Source: Schmidtea polychroa (Eukaryota). From it: a stretch of 64,000 nucleotides of DNA. The first letter of the stretch is position 1; every line of letters begins with the position of its first letter. Location: assembly GCA_044892525.1 (NCBI GenBank), contig CM097886.1:9300001-9364000 (forward strand). Reading direction: 5' to 3'. The notes beneath the pieces were generated by a model. The model had not been told where the DNA came from. It saw only the letters and a list, made by a program, of their open reading frames with translations, and made no database searches. Below are positions 26,298 to 39,661 of this stretch, piece after piece. A program made the position numbers and the translations under genes.

Positions 26298-26462
26298 CAG
26301 TAAATAATAAATCTAGATAATACAATTGAGACAAAGAAAATATTTAGTTCAGTATATTATAGTATTCTATTTAGTTAAATATATTGTTTATTAAAATGTT
26401 TGACTATGAATCAGTTAATATGTTTTTGATATTTAAAGAATATAGTATATATTGGCATAGAT

Positions 26463-27390
26463 ATGACTATAGAATTTTTGGAATCTGAGAAAAGAAAAAC
26501 AACGCTGGCTTACGATGGTTATCTTTAAAACATAGAAAGAAAAACTGAAGAGAATGAAATATGGAGATGCTGTGATCGTTCCTGCAAAGGTTGTTGCCAT
26601 ATTTCAAACGGAGTGATGATCCAACCGCCATGTCAACATTCACACCCAATATGCTGGTCAATTGGAAAAGGCTGGAGTTCGAGCAACCATCAAACTGCTT
26701 GCGGAAGAGACGGAAAAATCAGGAAAGTGGTCATGTGCGATGAACATCCGGATGCTAGTCGCTCTAACCTACATTCCAAACGATTCGTTTCCAGAAGTAT
26801 ATCAACTTCTCAACTACTTCGAGGATACATTCCTTGGAAGACGATGACAACAATGAAGAGCTGGCGGTCTTTTTCATTCGGATATCTGGGATTGCTACTA
26901 AGCTGTTCGTGACAACACTCATTGTACTAACAACGCAGCAGAAGGATGGCACAGTGCATTTGCACGCTTAGTTCAAATTGCACATCCAACTGTGATGATG
27001 TTAGTAGTGAAACTTCAGAAAGAACAGAACAACAACTAACTAATCGTCGAGTGTCTGCTTGCTGGTGAAGATCCTCCTCCTCTTAAGAAGAAATATATAG
27101 ATCTCGATCCTCGGCTGCTCACTGTTGTGTTAGATTATAAAAATCGAGCATCAATCGAGTATTTGAGATGATGCAGCCACAATATCAATTTGATGGATTA
27201 AAATTATAATAGGACATTTTCTTTTATTAAAATATTAATTTTTATTTAAATTATTAAGTCGTTCAAAATGTGATATAAAGTTATTATTTTAAATTATAAT
27301 TGCCCTTCTCCCTTGCACCACATTGCTCCCATGTTATCCTCGCCCAATTGTCCGGCTCCGAATTGTCTTGGCAACAAAACAATCGCCTTG
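26463..27390 (+). mobile_element. MULE (FLYWCH-type) transposase remnant with terminal tandem motifs
   Basis: LAYDGY...CKG...HSHP, then YFEDTFLGR...TNNAAEGWHSAF...HPT...KLQKEQ; CCCAATTGTCC-type motifs at about 27340-27370. Confidence 0.8.
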
Positions 27391-29637
27391 ATTAATAGTA
27401 TTTCAACTAGATCGTCTCTTTTTGAAAAGATTTGCCTCGCAATATTTTTATTTATTCTTATTCGAGAAATAATAAATTGCGGTAATCTTTCCCCGTTTTC
27501 CCATTAATTCATGTTGTCTTGGGTTTTCTTTAATTAATTAATTAACGATTTTCTGTTTTTGCACTTTTTCTTGTATTTCGACACTTTTTGGACACATTCT
27601 GATGAATCCGTTCTCGTTATGATCTTTCCCATCATCTCATTTGCATCTGACCCGTTTTTCAAATTTTAATTCGATAATTTGTTGATATTTTGAATAACTC
27701 CAACAAAGGTATGGATCGAAAACGAAGCTCGATGGGGTTGGGAGCAACAGAAAATAGAGCCAAAATGGACAGATAGTGTACTAGATAAAATACCAGCAGT
27801 GTGAGTAGACAAGGAACCAAAAGATTTTTATCAAGATATATTATCAAAGAAGTTCCAAGATGTATTACAGCCTGGACAAGGCGAGGAATCAGAAAGGTTA
27901 GCCTCATTCACTTTGAAAATCGAAAATTGTGCGGAAAGGATGAAATCAGTGAATTAGGGCAAAATCACACGAATAACGAGCCCAGGAATAGGTGAGTATA
28001 AAATGAAGCTGAGTATATCCGAACGGAGACGGAATATGAAAAGGAAATCATATATTAGTGTAATTCATTATCTGTAAAAAGGACTATGACGACGAAAACC
28101 AGTGCCCATTAACAGAAAAGTGATTGCAACAAAGGAATCACGAAAATGTAGTTTAGGGCAACTTAAAGAAACTATGCGACCCGATCCAAGTATATGTTAA
28201 AAAAAACTGAAAACATTAGACAATATTGCATCCGGATCATTTAAGATTATATGCAAACGATATATCGGAAAGGAGCAATCAATATTTGTAAACGATAATA
28301 CCATCCAGATCAATGTAGAAGTAAAGACAGAAAAAAATGAATCAAGATTAAACGTACCAGAAAATCAACCAAGAATATGTATGTTGAGGAAACGAGTACC
28401 AGATTCGAGACATATACTCACAGATCCCGACAATGAGAGCGATGACGAAGCAGCGTTATTATTAGAAGCACAAAAATAACTAATAACTAATAGAAATATT
28501 AGAGTCAGGTGCTAAAAACAAACGACGAACCGCAATAGAATTATTAAAGTGGATAGTCGAATCGTACCAAAGAATTTTAAACTTGTGAAAATTAGTAAAA
28601 GCAATCGAGAAATATAGTCGATTATACGTATGGTATTCAGAACAAATTGGCGAAATTATTAGAAAATAATTCAGATTACAAAACGACGGAAACCATTTTA
28701 TGTAACAGCCAAAATAAAACAGGTAAAAAAAGAGAATACCGTATGAACTAACCTTTCACTTACAACATGAAAGGAGATTGATAGACGATGATATTGAAAT
28801 TGGAGTAACGCCACTCCAAGGAGGTATACTAAACAGGTTAACTGTGAGAAAAATTACAGGATGAGAATTAATTAAAAAACCGCAATAGCAACAAGTGGAA
28901 ACTCTAGCCACGCCAAAAGTCCCAAATGCGATCAGGAGATAACAATTGAAACAACGAAATATTAAATGAACTAAAATAAATAGTAGACAGAAGAGAAAAT
29001 CATGGACACTTCAATGGAACAAAAAGATCAATAGAAGCCTAAGAAAATAAAAAAACAGAATTTGGAAATAAATTAAATATTTTCAAATATCGAGAAAATT
29101 ATTTAAAATGTTCAACTTATGCAACAAAGTTCCAAAGCTCGGCGCAAGTCTCTATAACGATACAAAGTATTGCTCTCGTCATAACGCTCATCTTAAGTAT
29201 GTTCACGACAATAATCATCAGAAACTTTCAAAAGACAAGAATCTTAAAACCCACATACCAAGCTCCAGGCACAAACCAACAAATTGATTGCAAATCCCAA
29301 AAATAGCATTCGCTATGTTTAAATAATATTCATTCAGCAAAGTTATTGAACAGTTTTATGAAATCTTATTTATACTTCTTTATTATATAAGCACTCACAA
29401 CTTTAGATTATTTGAAGACTTTCATTTCTCGGAATTTTCCATTTCTAATTACATTTCAAATAACTTTCCTAATTTCAGTTTTGGTTCCAGCCGAATTATA
29501 AAAATAAAATGTTTATGAATATCAGTAGCATGCCACTGATAGAAAATTTTATTTTAAAGATAAATATTGACTTTATAATTTAAGACATTAATTGAAATAT
29601 ATTTGAAGTTTTCTACACTACATTAAATCCATCACAT

Positions 29638-30147
29638 TTATTTGAAAAACGATCTTAAAATATTAACAGCGTCAACTTGATTATTTTCAATTGCCTGAAA
29701 TTTAACATGATATAGAATGATATTATTTTGAATTTACTTTGTCTAAACTAGTTTTTCCATCTGCATCTTTCTGCATAAAATTGGCACCCTTCTCAATAAG
29801 CAACTTGATTATATCTATATTTCCTTTATATGAAGCTCTATGCAAAGGAGTTGATAGATTTGACTTGGTAACAGCATTTACATTCGCAAAATTGTCCACC
29901 AAATATTTGCATATATCTAGATGACCATTATGAGATGCATAATGCTAAATAAAAAATTTAAAGAATGAATAACAAAAACTACCAAAGCTGTAAATCCATA
30001 TTTATCAGGTTGATTTAGTTTCATTTTAGAGAATTGTTTTATTTTCTCAAAATCCCCATTAACTGCTGCTGACCATACGCTTTTCTCAAATTCCATTTCT
30101 TCTAAAGTTTGTATTAAACTATTATCTTTATTATTTTGACAGCACAT
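29638..30147 (-). CDS. ANKRD39: Ankyrin repeat domain protein 39, 3 exons (30147-29983, 29944-29738, 29694-29638), 142 aa
   Basis: QTLEEMEFEKSVWSAAVNGD...PDKYGFTAL/HYASHNGH...LHRASYKG...DADGKTSLDK matches ANKRD39; GT-AG introns of 38 and 43 bp give an open frame. Confidence 0.92.
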
Positions 30148-31194
30148 TAAAATAAAAAATGTGTATCACTGATAATCAAAACTAAGTAACTTAATTATTT
30201 AATTGATATTTATAATTTTTTAATTTATAATAAAAAAACAAATGATTATTAAAACAATCAAAATGGCATCTGAGACAAAAATTTGAAAATTGCCATTTAA
30301 TAAGTAATTTATGAGTTAGAATAAAATTTGTAGAAAAAAAAAGTTAGTTTAAACAAATATGAGACAAGTTAAATCAATGACTGGCAATAAAAAACTGCAT
30401 AAAGTGAATTTTGTTATTAAGTGATGGTAAAAAGGTTAAACAAAATTAAGATATGGGCCAAAACCGAAATTGGAATTTTATTATTTAATCAGTGGTAGGG
30501 ACCAGACATGCTGGGTTAGTGGGTGACTGTTCATATTTGTGGGATTGGAGTTGTTGACTTGTGTTGAGTTTTACTCTTCCGATTTCTGCTTCCTATAGAG
30601 ATAACTAACGAAAGTCTTTGTCAAAATTATTTATTATACAAACCAAAAGATAAATATATCAAAATTAAATCAAATTAATTTTATATTAAATTTTGAGTTT
30701 TCTTTTTTGTTTGTGTTTTGTTCCCCCTTAATATATCAATGTTGCTGTGTAGTGAATACAATCCAATTTGATCCTCTATTGTAGGGCAGGTATATATTTA
30801 CTTTTAACCTGTCTGGTCTATCAGATCAATAACATGTGCTTCCACTTATTTTTTACGGGCACAATTATGAATTTTTCGAATAGTTTATATACTTGAAATC
30901 AATTAATCAGAGCTTCGGATTTTGGCTTTCCAAATTTAATATTTGTATTTACATTTGTTATATTATTACTACTTTGTACATGCTTATTTATTGGAATTCA
31001 AAATATGTTTACAACCACATTGAAAAAATATGGTAATCAAATTAAATAGTTTAAACATTAAAATTTGTAATAAAATAGTCACATAATTATAATAAAAGTA
31101 AAATCATTTAAATCAAATATTGTCAAAGGATGGATTACTGGATAAAATTGCACTGAGAGAAATATAGAGAATGATAAGTAGAATCGTCTATTAA

Positions 31195-32866
31195 CACTAG
31201 GACGGCCAGAGCGGTCATTTTGACCGTTAAGCAATTTCATTTTTATTTTGTGAGAAAACGAAAAGGAATTAACGTCTCATATTTTGTGACAATTATTCAT
31301 TTTTAGTGAACTTGTTGTGCATATCAAAGCTTCAATTATAGCATTTGTCACGACTGAGATAATGAGGCCATCCCCATGGAAGGCCGAACCGGTCAATTTG
31401 ACCGGTATCTTGAAACACACAAGAAAGTCACACATAATCATCTTACATACTAGAAAATATAAAACCAAATATAATTTACACACAACCGAAGCATTTAACA
31501 GTCATTTGGGAATGTTTTCCACAGTAAACTTTACTACATACATGGCATATAGCTCCGGATTTGTTATGACAATGAGGAGCAGAACAAGTTTTTCGCTTCT
31601 TTAATTTTGGTTGTTCAGAACAGAGTTCACCAGAGATGGGACTTGCTGTTCGACGGCTTTTGAACTCCTCACAAAGAGATGTAGCTAATTCAAAAATAAA
31701 ATCCCTTCTTTTTATAGTTGATCCCATAGCATCTTTGAAAATAACATGAGCGTTGAGAGCTGCTTTATCAAGCAAATCATAGAAAGTAGCGACTGGCCAT
31801 CTTGCTGTTGCGGCTTTACTGCTGTATAAACGCAACATGCTATCCATGGTATCTACAGCTGTCTTATTTTTGTTATAAAAGTGTATCATTTCAGGCTTTC
31901 TCTTTTCGTCAGATCTCACACTAGCAGTAGAATGGAATGTTGACATGACAATGACTTTCTTGTCCGATTTGCCTTGATAGGAAACAGTGACAGTGTTTTG
32001 ACACGATAAATGAGTCGATTCAAAAAGAGGCTTTTTCTCCAAGTGAGCTGATGATAAAAAGCGTGAATTTAATCTTACAGTACCAACCAATGTTGTTCGA
32101 TTTACAAGGAGATGTTCAGCTAGTGAGAGACTTGTAAAGAAATTGTCAGTGCAGACATTGTATCCTTTATTGAAAAATGGCTCCATTAGTTTCCTGACTA
32201 CAAAATCACCCAGCCGTAATCCACAGCGTTCGTTTCTATCGTGAGCCCCCTAAAGCACGTTGAGCAGCAATTCTTTTAGTTGGCATATTTGATTCTAAAA
32301 TAATGATAAAAACTCCGTCAGTAAAATAAGAAACGTCAAATTTATTATTGGATTCTAATGAAAACACGGTTTTATAATGTTTGTTATCCCAAGAAGTTCA
32401 AAGATTTTCTATAACAATTATTAGATATTGTCTTATGACATTTCGTTAAGTTTTTCGTTTGATTCTTTTAATTTACCAAATTTCAAAACTTAGAACTCTT
32501 AATGCTTGCTTAATTACACTTTTAATAAGCACTATCTTTGAATAAAAGCAAGAGAATATTTATAAACAAGAAATGAAGTATACATACATACCAGTCTGAA
32601 TAAACGCGAAGAAAATGTTAAAAATAGTGTAGCTTTGTGTCAGCTAAACAAATATTTTTATTTCATTGTTGTAAGTAGTTTAATAAATTAACTACTGTTA
32701 GAATAAAAATAGTTAAATTTTGAAAGCGTGTTAGTAGCACAAAGAAAGTATTGCTAAATGAGTTGCATCATAGAAATCTCAGCATGAAAATAAGGAGCAT
32801 ATGTGCACCGGTCAAATTGACCGGTTTGGCCTTCCAAGGTATAAAATATTTCCGGCCGTCCTAGTG
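31195..32866 (-). mobile_element. piggyBac internal-deletion derivative with TTAA TSDs
   Basis: 13-bp TIR CACTAGGACGGCC at both ends; TTAA at 31191-31194 and 32867-32870; subterminal palindromes CCGGTCAA(A/T)TTGACCGG. Confidence 0.95.
31476..32186 (-). pseudogene. C-terminal half of a piggyBac transposase
   Basis: TDNFFTS, GTVR, YNKNKTAVDTMD, RWP, and a Cys-rich C-terminal finger; N-terminal half missing. Confidence 0.9.
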
Positions 32867-33272
32867 TTAAATCAAAAATCAAATAAATAGAGAAACGTTG
32901 AGAATGATAGGTTTGGGCCAAACTGGTTTTCAACATTTTCTTCAAGTAATCAAGTAATAGGTTTAATTTTTGATGACTTTGTAATGCATTTGACTAAATA
33001 ATTTTTTCAATAATTTTCTAAGAATATTTCCATTTACACATTGATGAACTTTAAAAAAACATAAGCTAAGAAACCAGTTAACTTTATCAAGGACTTCAAA
33101 TTTATTTGAAAATAATTGTAAGATATACTGAAATTTGTGATTTAGTTTGCTATTATGATCAATCAATATATATCATCTCTAGTTAGGTGAAATATTTGTA
33201 GGACATAATAAGTTTATTATGTCGTTGTTACATAAGTCGACTTTAGCGTCAAAATGTGTTTTTAAAATTATA

Positions 33273-35598
33273 TGTAAGGTTGCCCGTGAATATTAAACAA
33301 ATAAATAACAATATGAATTAAAGATTTAGTTAAACGAAATATATATTAAATACAAAACGATAACCAAATAATAACTAGCTGCACGCTAAAGTACAGATAT
33401 CGGTTATACAAACCGCCCTAAAGATTATTTCAAAGAATCAAGGCTGGCCTTAAATGTGCCAATAGCCCGATATAGGTGAACGGATAAAGAAGAAGGATTC
33501 CCGAGGTTTTACCGCTATACTATTAACCCAGATAAATGGTTAATAGTTGAAATTAAAACAGTCAAAACAGCTACAAAAAGTCTTGGCTGGTGACTGTGCC
33601 CTTTNNNNNNNNNNNNNNNNNNNNNNNNNNNNNNNNNNNNNNNNNNNNNNNNNNNNNNNNNNNNNNNNNNNNNNNNNNNNNNNNNNNNNNNNNNNNNNNN
33701 NNNNNNNNNNNNNNNNNNNNNNNNNNNNNNNNNNNNNNNNNNNNNNNNNNNNNNNNNNNNNNNNNNNNNNNNNNNNNNNNNTTAATAATTCTGCACTGAG
33801 TAAAAGCGAACCCGAAAATTGGTTATTAAGCTTAATTTCAATTGAGGCTAATAGATATTGGATTCAAATTCCAACCAAATAATTATTGAGACTAAATTTC
33901 TAATCGATGCTAAATATTGGATCTAAATTTCCAATCGAAGCTAAATATTGAATCTAAATTTCTAATCGACACTAGTATTCTAAATTTCTGATCGACACTA
34001 GTATTCAGTGAATCTAAATTTCTGATCGACACTAGTAGTTAGTGATTCTATAAATATCCTGGATTGTGCTTGATCGATAACTAAGTTAATAATGGTGAGC
34101 CTTAAATATTTGTTCTTCTTCTTATTTTCGCAATAATTTTTTGTCGCCCCTAAAACTAAATTTTTAATTATATTTATACTATTTTTTACTTACCTACATC
34201 TATTTTTAGTAATTATTTAATTACTAAATTTGTGTGTATAATATATAATAAAATACTATAATTATTTAAAATCTAAATATAGTAATTGTTTATTACTATT
34301 TATAATTAAGTTCTAAACTTAGTAATTTTAATTCTATTTTTGGTATTTATTTAATACTATTAATAATCAATCTTTATTTAATTCTAAAGCTTTCCTAATA
34401 CTTTTAGTTCCGGTTCCTACTGAACCCCAACATGTCTTCCCTCTAACAAGATTTTCGTCCCGAAAATTAAAGCGGTAAAGACAGGGNNNNNNNNNNNNNN
34501 NNNNNNNNNNNNNNNNNNNNNNNNNNNNNNNNNNNNNNNNNNNNNNNNNNNNNNNNNNNNNNNNNNNNNNNNNNNNNNNNNNNNNNNNNNNNNNNNNNNN
34601 NNNNNNNNNNNNNNNCAACTAGATCAAAGTTTCAAATCACAAAATCAGAATAATCAATTATTGTTCTTATAGGATAGATCAAATGTTATTGTTTGGTAAA
34701 TGTTTATCAATTTGAATAATTGGATTGGATTGGATTGTCGAAGGTGTTGGGATTGAGGACGTATAGCAAATAGCTAGGTTTGTTGAATACATAGCAGAAT
34801 TGCTGATATTTTCTCTTTTTCATGACTTTGGCACTGTCATTACGGATTCTTTGTTCTACTATGTCCGGTCTGTAACTGACCACCAATGTCTCCCGTGTAC
34901 TTACTTCTTTGTACACGATTGATGAGATGATATAAGAACCCTCATTAGCCGCCTCCAATACTCCGTAATCGGGGAAATTGGACACGGCTACTTCATGAAT
35001 TGGGCCTCCGTCGTATTCCTTGATACGCGGTTTCCATTTACTATCGGGTCTCTGCCACCAACTAGGATCTTCTCTGTCGGCATCTTCCCGTATTTTAGTT
35101 GAGTTACCTCTTCCAATGAATTCGCCTTCTTTCACTATGATTGGCTCTCCTGCAACCATGGATTCGACCTTTGTTGTCAATATCTTGGTCAATGCTGGAT
35201 CTGGTGGCTGATAGTGAGTTTCTAGCAGATCGTCATCCTAATCCTGGATGGATATCCTAGGCATTTTCTTTTTTGTACTCATTAGGATCTCCTTTTTTCT
35301 TTTTGTAGAGGTAGGGACATTTTTCTCCCTTGCCTCTTTCTGGGTCGGTTCGACCGTTGTCTTCATTTTGAATTTCAAGTCTTGTAGTTTGAGTAGTGGT
35401 ACTACAGCTTGTGGTAATGCTCCTCCTTCTGCTCCTCCCTTGGATTCGATCAACGGGGCCAATGCTTTCAAGATCTTGGTGACCCGTTCAACCAGTTTTT
35501 CTGCTGGTGGTGATTTTTCCGTTTCCATTTTAGCAGAATTCACCACTCTACCATCATTGGTAAGCGTGACTTGGAGGCAATTATCATCTGTGCTCTCT
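33273..35598 (-). mobile_element. Inverted 3'-end copy of the large Gypsy element (accessory ORFs, PPT, LTR 33273-34432)
   Basis: Reverse complement of about 53103-55260; ORFs 34707-35192 and 35238-35546 nearly identical to 53509-53994 and part of 52771-53463; PPT AGAGGGAAGA; contains two N gaps. Confidence 0.92.
33605..33781. other. Assembly gap (further gaps at 34487-34615 and 38745-38885)
   Basis: Runs of N. Confidence 1.
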
Positions 35599-38533
35599 CA
35601 TAAGTGCTTCTTATATAGCATTCTAGCACTTTTAAAAGAGAAGAAATAGGTCGTAATCATCAAAGAGCCGCCAAATATTACGAATTTTTAAATCTATTAA
35701 ATTATGATGAAGTCACAGATTGTCCAATGAGACTGTGTAACATTCCCAAATTTGAGAGGAAAAATCCTGAGTTAAACTTGTCCATAAACGTTCTGTCTTA
35801 TAATCCAGCCAGTTCCTATTCTGATATTTCTGAGGATTATGTAGCTCACCACCCTCATCTTAATATTATTCATCGTTCTAAGGTTATCGATGGTAGGCCG
35901 ATTTATTTATTACTTTTGAGTAATAAAGATAAATATCACTATACGGCCGTTACAGATTTGGAAAAGTTAATGAATTGTCATTTAAATGAAAATGTAAATG
36001 TTCAAATAAGGTGTAACTGGTGCCCACATTGTCTTAATGGGTTTAGATATAAGAATGCTTTTGATCAGCATGTAGCTCTATGCTGTAAGAATCAGACTGG
36101 CACAACACTCTACACACTTCCTAAAAGTAAAGATTTATTATTTACAGATTACGCAAAAACCGTTACACCTCCCTTTGTAATTTATGCCGATTTTGAATCG
36201 GTTTTACCAGAACATGAAACACATCATCAAATACATATACCTATCTCAGCAGGTCTTTTACTTATAAATAATTATACTAATACTAAATTTTATTTTTATT
36301 TTTTTGGACCGAATTGTGTTTTGGATTTTTTAAGGAAAGTGGAGGAAATTTCTGTCACAATTGTCCTGCCATATTATGAACTCAAAGGTCATAAAGGCAT
36401 GTCTACTTTGTCTTTTGCTCAGGAGCGTGCCTTTCGATCTAGCACAATTTGTTATTTATGTAAGAAAGATATTATTAGTCCTGTAAGAGATCATTGCCAT
36501 TTTACTGGCAGATATGTCGGAGCGGCATGTAGGAGATGCAATGTCTCTCGCAGGATTAATAAGTTATTAGCCGTTGTATTTCATAATTTAAGAGGTTATA
36601 ATTTACATCATATTTCCCTTTGGGAATTAAATATTATACCTATCTCTACAGAGAAATTTATTTCTTTAATTGCTTATATTAACAAATTGCCTGTTCGTTT
36701 AATTGACAGCGTGCAATTTATTAATTGTTCTTTAGCTAAAGCTGTGAAAACTCTAACTACTTTTCCTTTAACTTCGTCTGTCTTTCAAGGGTCGATGATT
36801 CATTCTAAAGGTGTCTTTCCGTATGATTTTGCTACTTCTTTAGATGTTCTTGAATCGACGTTTGAATTACTTTCTATTTGGTCTGATATTACGGAAGATC
36901 AGTACGCTGAGGCTCAACTAATTTGGAGTCAGCATAACTGTAATAATTTGTTAGATTATATGCTAATCTACCTAAAATTGGACGTATACCTCCTCGCAGA
37001 CTATTTTCAGCAATTCCGCGGTAAGGCAATTGCTTACAATGGTCTGGATCCACTTAATTTCTATGGGATTCCCGGTATGTCATGGGCCTCAGCGCTTATG
37101 ACATTAACGGAACCCATAGAACTTTTGCAGGACATGGAAATGTACAATTTCTATGAGGGAGGTATCCGGGGTGGGTTAACATTTGTTAACAAACATTACA
37201 CGGCTACTTCAGATGACACAGAATTATTGTACATAGATATAAATAATCTGTATGGTTGGGCTCTTAGCCAAAATCTTCCGTATGGTGATTTTTCTTGAGT
37301 GAATGATAATTTGAATGATGTTTTGCTTGAATGTATGAACACGGATATTGATAACCTTCCATATGGGTACACTATGGAGGTAGATATCGATATTCCGGAA
37401 TGTGTGCATGATTTTTTGAATGATTTTCCGCTTGCGCCGGAAAAGTTGTGCCCACCTAATTCAAAGGTTGAGAAGCTTATGCTCACGCATTGGCCAAAGA
37501 GGAACTATGTTCTTCATTGGAGGCTTCTCAAATTGTATATAGAATTAGGTGCGGTGGTTGTAAATATTCATAGATGTATAAAATTTAAACAAGGACCTAT
37601 ATTTAAATCGTATATAGACACTAATACGACTTTAAGATCACAGTCTACAAGTGAAATATATAGGGACTTGTTTAAATTGTATAATAATAGCCTGTACGGT
37701 AAATCCGTTGAGAATCTCAAAAAACGTATGAATTTGAGGTTGTGTAATTCATCCGAACAGATGATATTATACTCCTCAAAGCCGACTTTCAGAAAGTCTA
37801 TAAGAATCGATGGGGATAGCCGCACATTTGGAGAAGAACTCAATTTGTTTAGATAGACCTAGCTACATTTGTCAAACAGTACTAGATCTATCTGAACTGC
37901 GGATGTACCAGCTCTAATATATTGATTTGGAGAAGTACAGGCAACAATTCAATTGCATAATAAATATTATAGCCGGTGATACAGATAGTTTCTTTCTTGA
38001 GATTAAAAATTTAAAATTATCAACTTTATTACCTCAGATGATCTCAGATAATTTATTGAATACATCTAATTAATTATGATCCAACACACCCCTTGTATAA
38101 TAGGAACCTTGAGTCTGTTATCGGGAAGTTTAAAGATGAGAGCAAGGGATTAGGTTACTCAGAATGGGTTTTCTTACGTCCTAAATGTTATATTCTTTTA
38201 GGTAGTAAGGAAACAGTGAAAGCAAAGGGGGTTAAATTACCTGGGACATCAATAAATCATGAATCTTATTTAAATTGCTTTAATAATAATCAGGTGATTT
38301 CTGTACCGCAGACTAGAATAGGTACTAGAAATCACCAACTTTTCACATTTAAAAACTCGAAAATTGCCCTAAGTAATAACGATGATAAGCGCACATGGCT
38401 AGTAAAAAACATAAGTTATGTATTTGGGCATTATTTAGGAGTTGATGACCTTAGCGATTATGATGAGGAGGAATTCGGTCCAGCTCCAAGTCCCAGTTTC
38501 GATGACAGTTCGTGGGACGAAGATGAAATGTGA
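35598..38533 (+). pseudogene. polB: Polinton/Maverick-type family B DNA polymerase, near full-length but disrupted
   Basis: CFLYSILA, VIYADFES, endonuclease-VII-like VRDHCHFTG...C, FHNL.GY, KGVFPY, GIRGG, YIDINNLYG, KLYNNSLYGK, GDTDS, GKFKDE, KAKGV, DDKR; in-frame TGA at 37296-37298 and frameshifts after 37850. Confidence 0.93.
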
Positions 38534-38575
38534 AATGATCAATTTGTATAAAAACTTTTATTTTGAATTATAAAA

Positions 38576-38614
<39 letters not shown>

Positions 38615-38989
38615 AATTTATAAAAAGCTGTAAATATATTGAATAAAAATTTGTAAAAATTTAATATTGTTTTCTTTTTTTTATATAGTTTAAAGTTTTT
38701 TAGTTGAATAGTGTTTTTATATAGTCTGCAGTCAGCATGCAGCTNNNNNNNNNNNNNNNNNNNNNNNNNNNNNNNNNNNNNNNNNNNNNNNNNNNNNNNN
38801 NNNNNNNNNNNNNNNNNNNNNNNNNNNNNNNNNNNNNNNNNNNNNNNNNNNNNNNNNNNNNNNNNNNNNNNNNNNNNNNNNNNNNTAATAATAGGATATA
38901 TGACTCATTTGAAAGGTCTTGGATTGGGCTTTAAAATGGGCTATCGTTGAATAATTTTCGTTGGCGGGAACTCTGTAAATTTAAATATT

Positions 38990-39620
38990 AAAATATGACC
39001 TTGAAAAAAAATTAACCTTGAAAAAAAATTGACCTTGAAAAAATTTGACCTTGAAAAAAAATGACCTTGAAATAATTTGACCTTGAAAAAATAATATTTT
39101 TAAAAATAATAATAATAAAATAGTCAAATGACCTTGAATAAATTTAATATTGTTTTCTCGGGAAAATGATAATAACTTTGCCAATATTAATGATGACCAC
39201 TATAGCTCATTCGAAAGGTCTTGCACTAAGCTTCAAAATAAGATATCGATCGATGAAATACACTGATGGGAATGATCTCTTTTGGCATGCCAAATAGTAG
39301 GGCACCGCTAGCACACTTAATAATATTTTTGAAAAATAATAATAAAAATAATAATATTTTTAAAAAATAATAATAAGACCTTGATGAGTCATCGCGATGA
39401 GTCATATGACCTTGGATGAGTCATGCGACCTTGAAACGACCTCGAGGAGTCATTGTCTTTGTTTAAAGGACCTTGGAAAAAATTTCTCCAAATTGATGAG
39501 AATGACCTTAAGAATGACCTTGAGAATGACCTTGATGAGTCATCGGATGAGTCATGGTCTTTGTTTCAATGACATTGGTGAGTCATATGTCTTTGTTTAA
39601 AATTTGACCTTGAAAAAAAT
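38990..39620 (+). repeat. Array of TGACCTTGAAAAA units and GATGAGTCAT units downstream of polB
   Basis: Directly visible repeats; the same TGACCTTGAAAA core occurs inverted at 55325-55990. Confidence 0.85.
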
Positions 39621-39661
39621 TTAAAAAAAATTTCTACCGAGGTAGGTGCTATCGGTGCCCT

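Noticed and set aside
33547-38950. ORFs containing runs of X
   Set aside because: Artefacts of N gaps.
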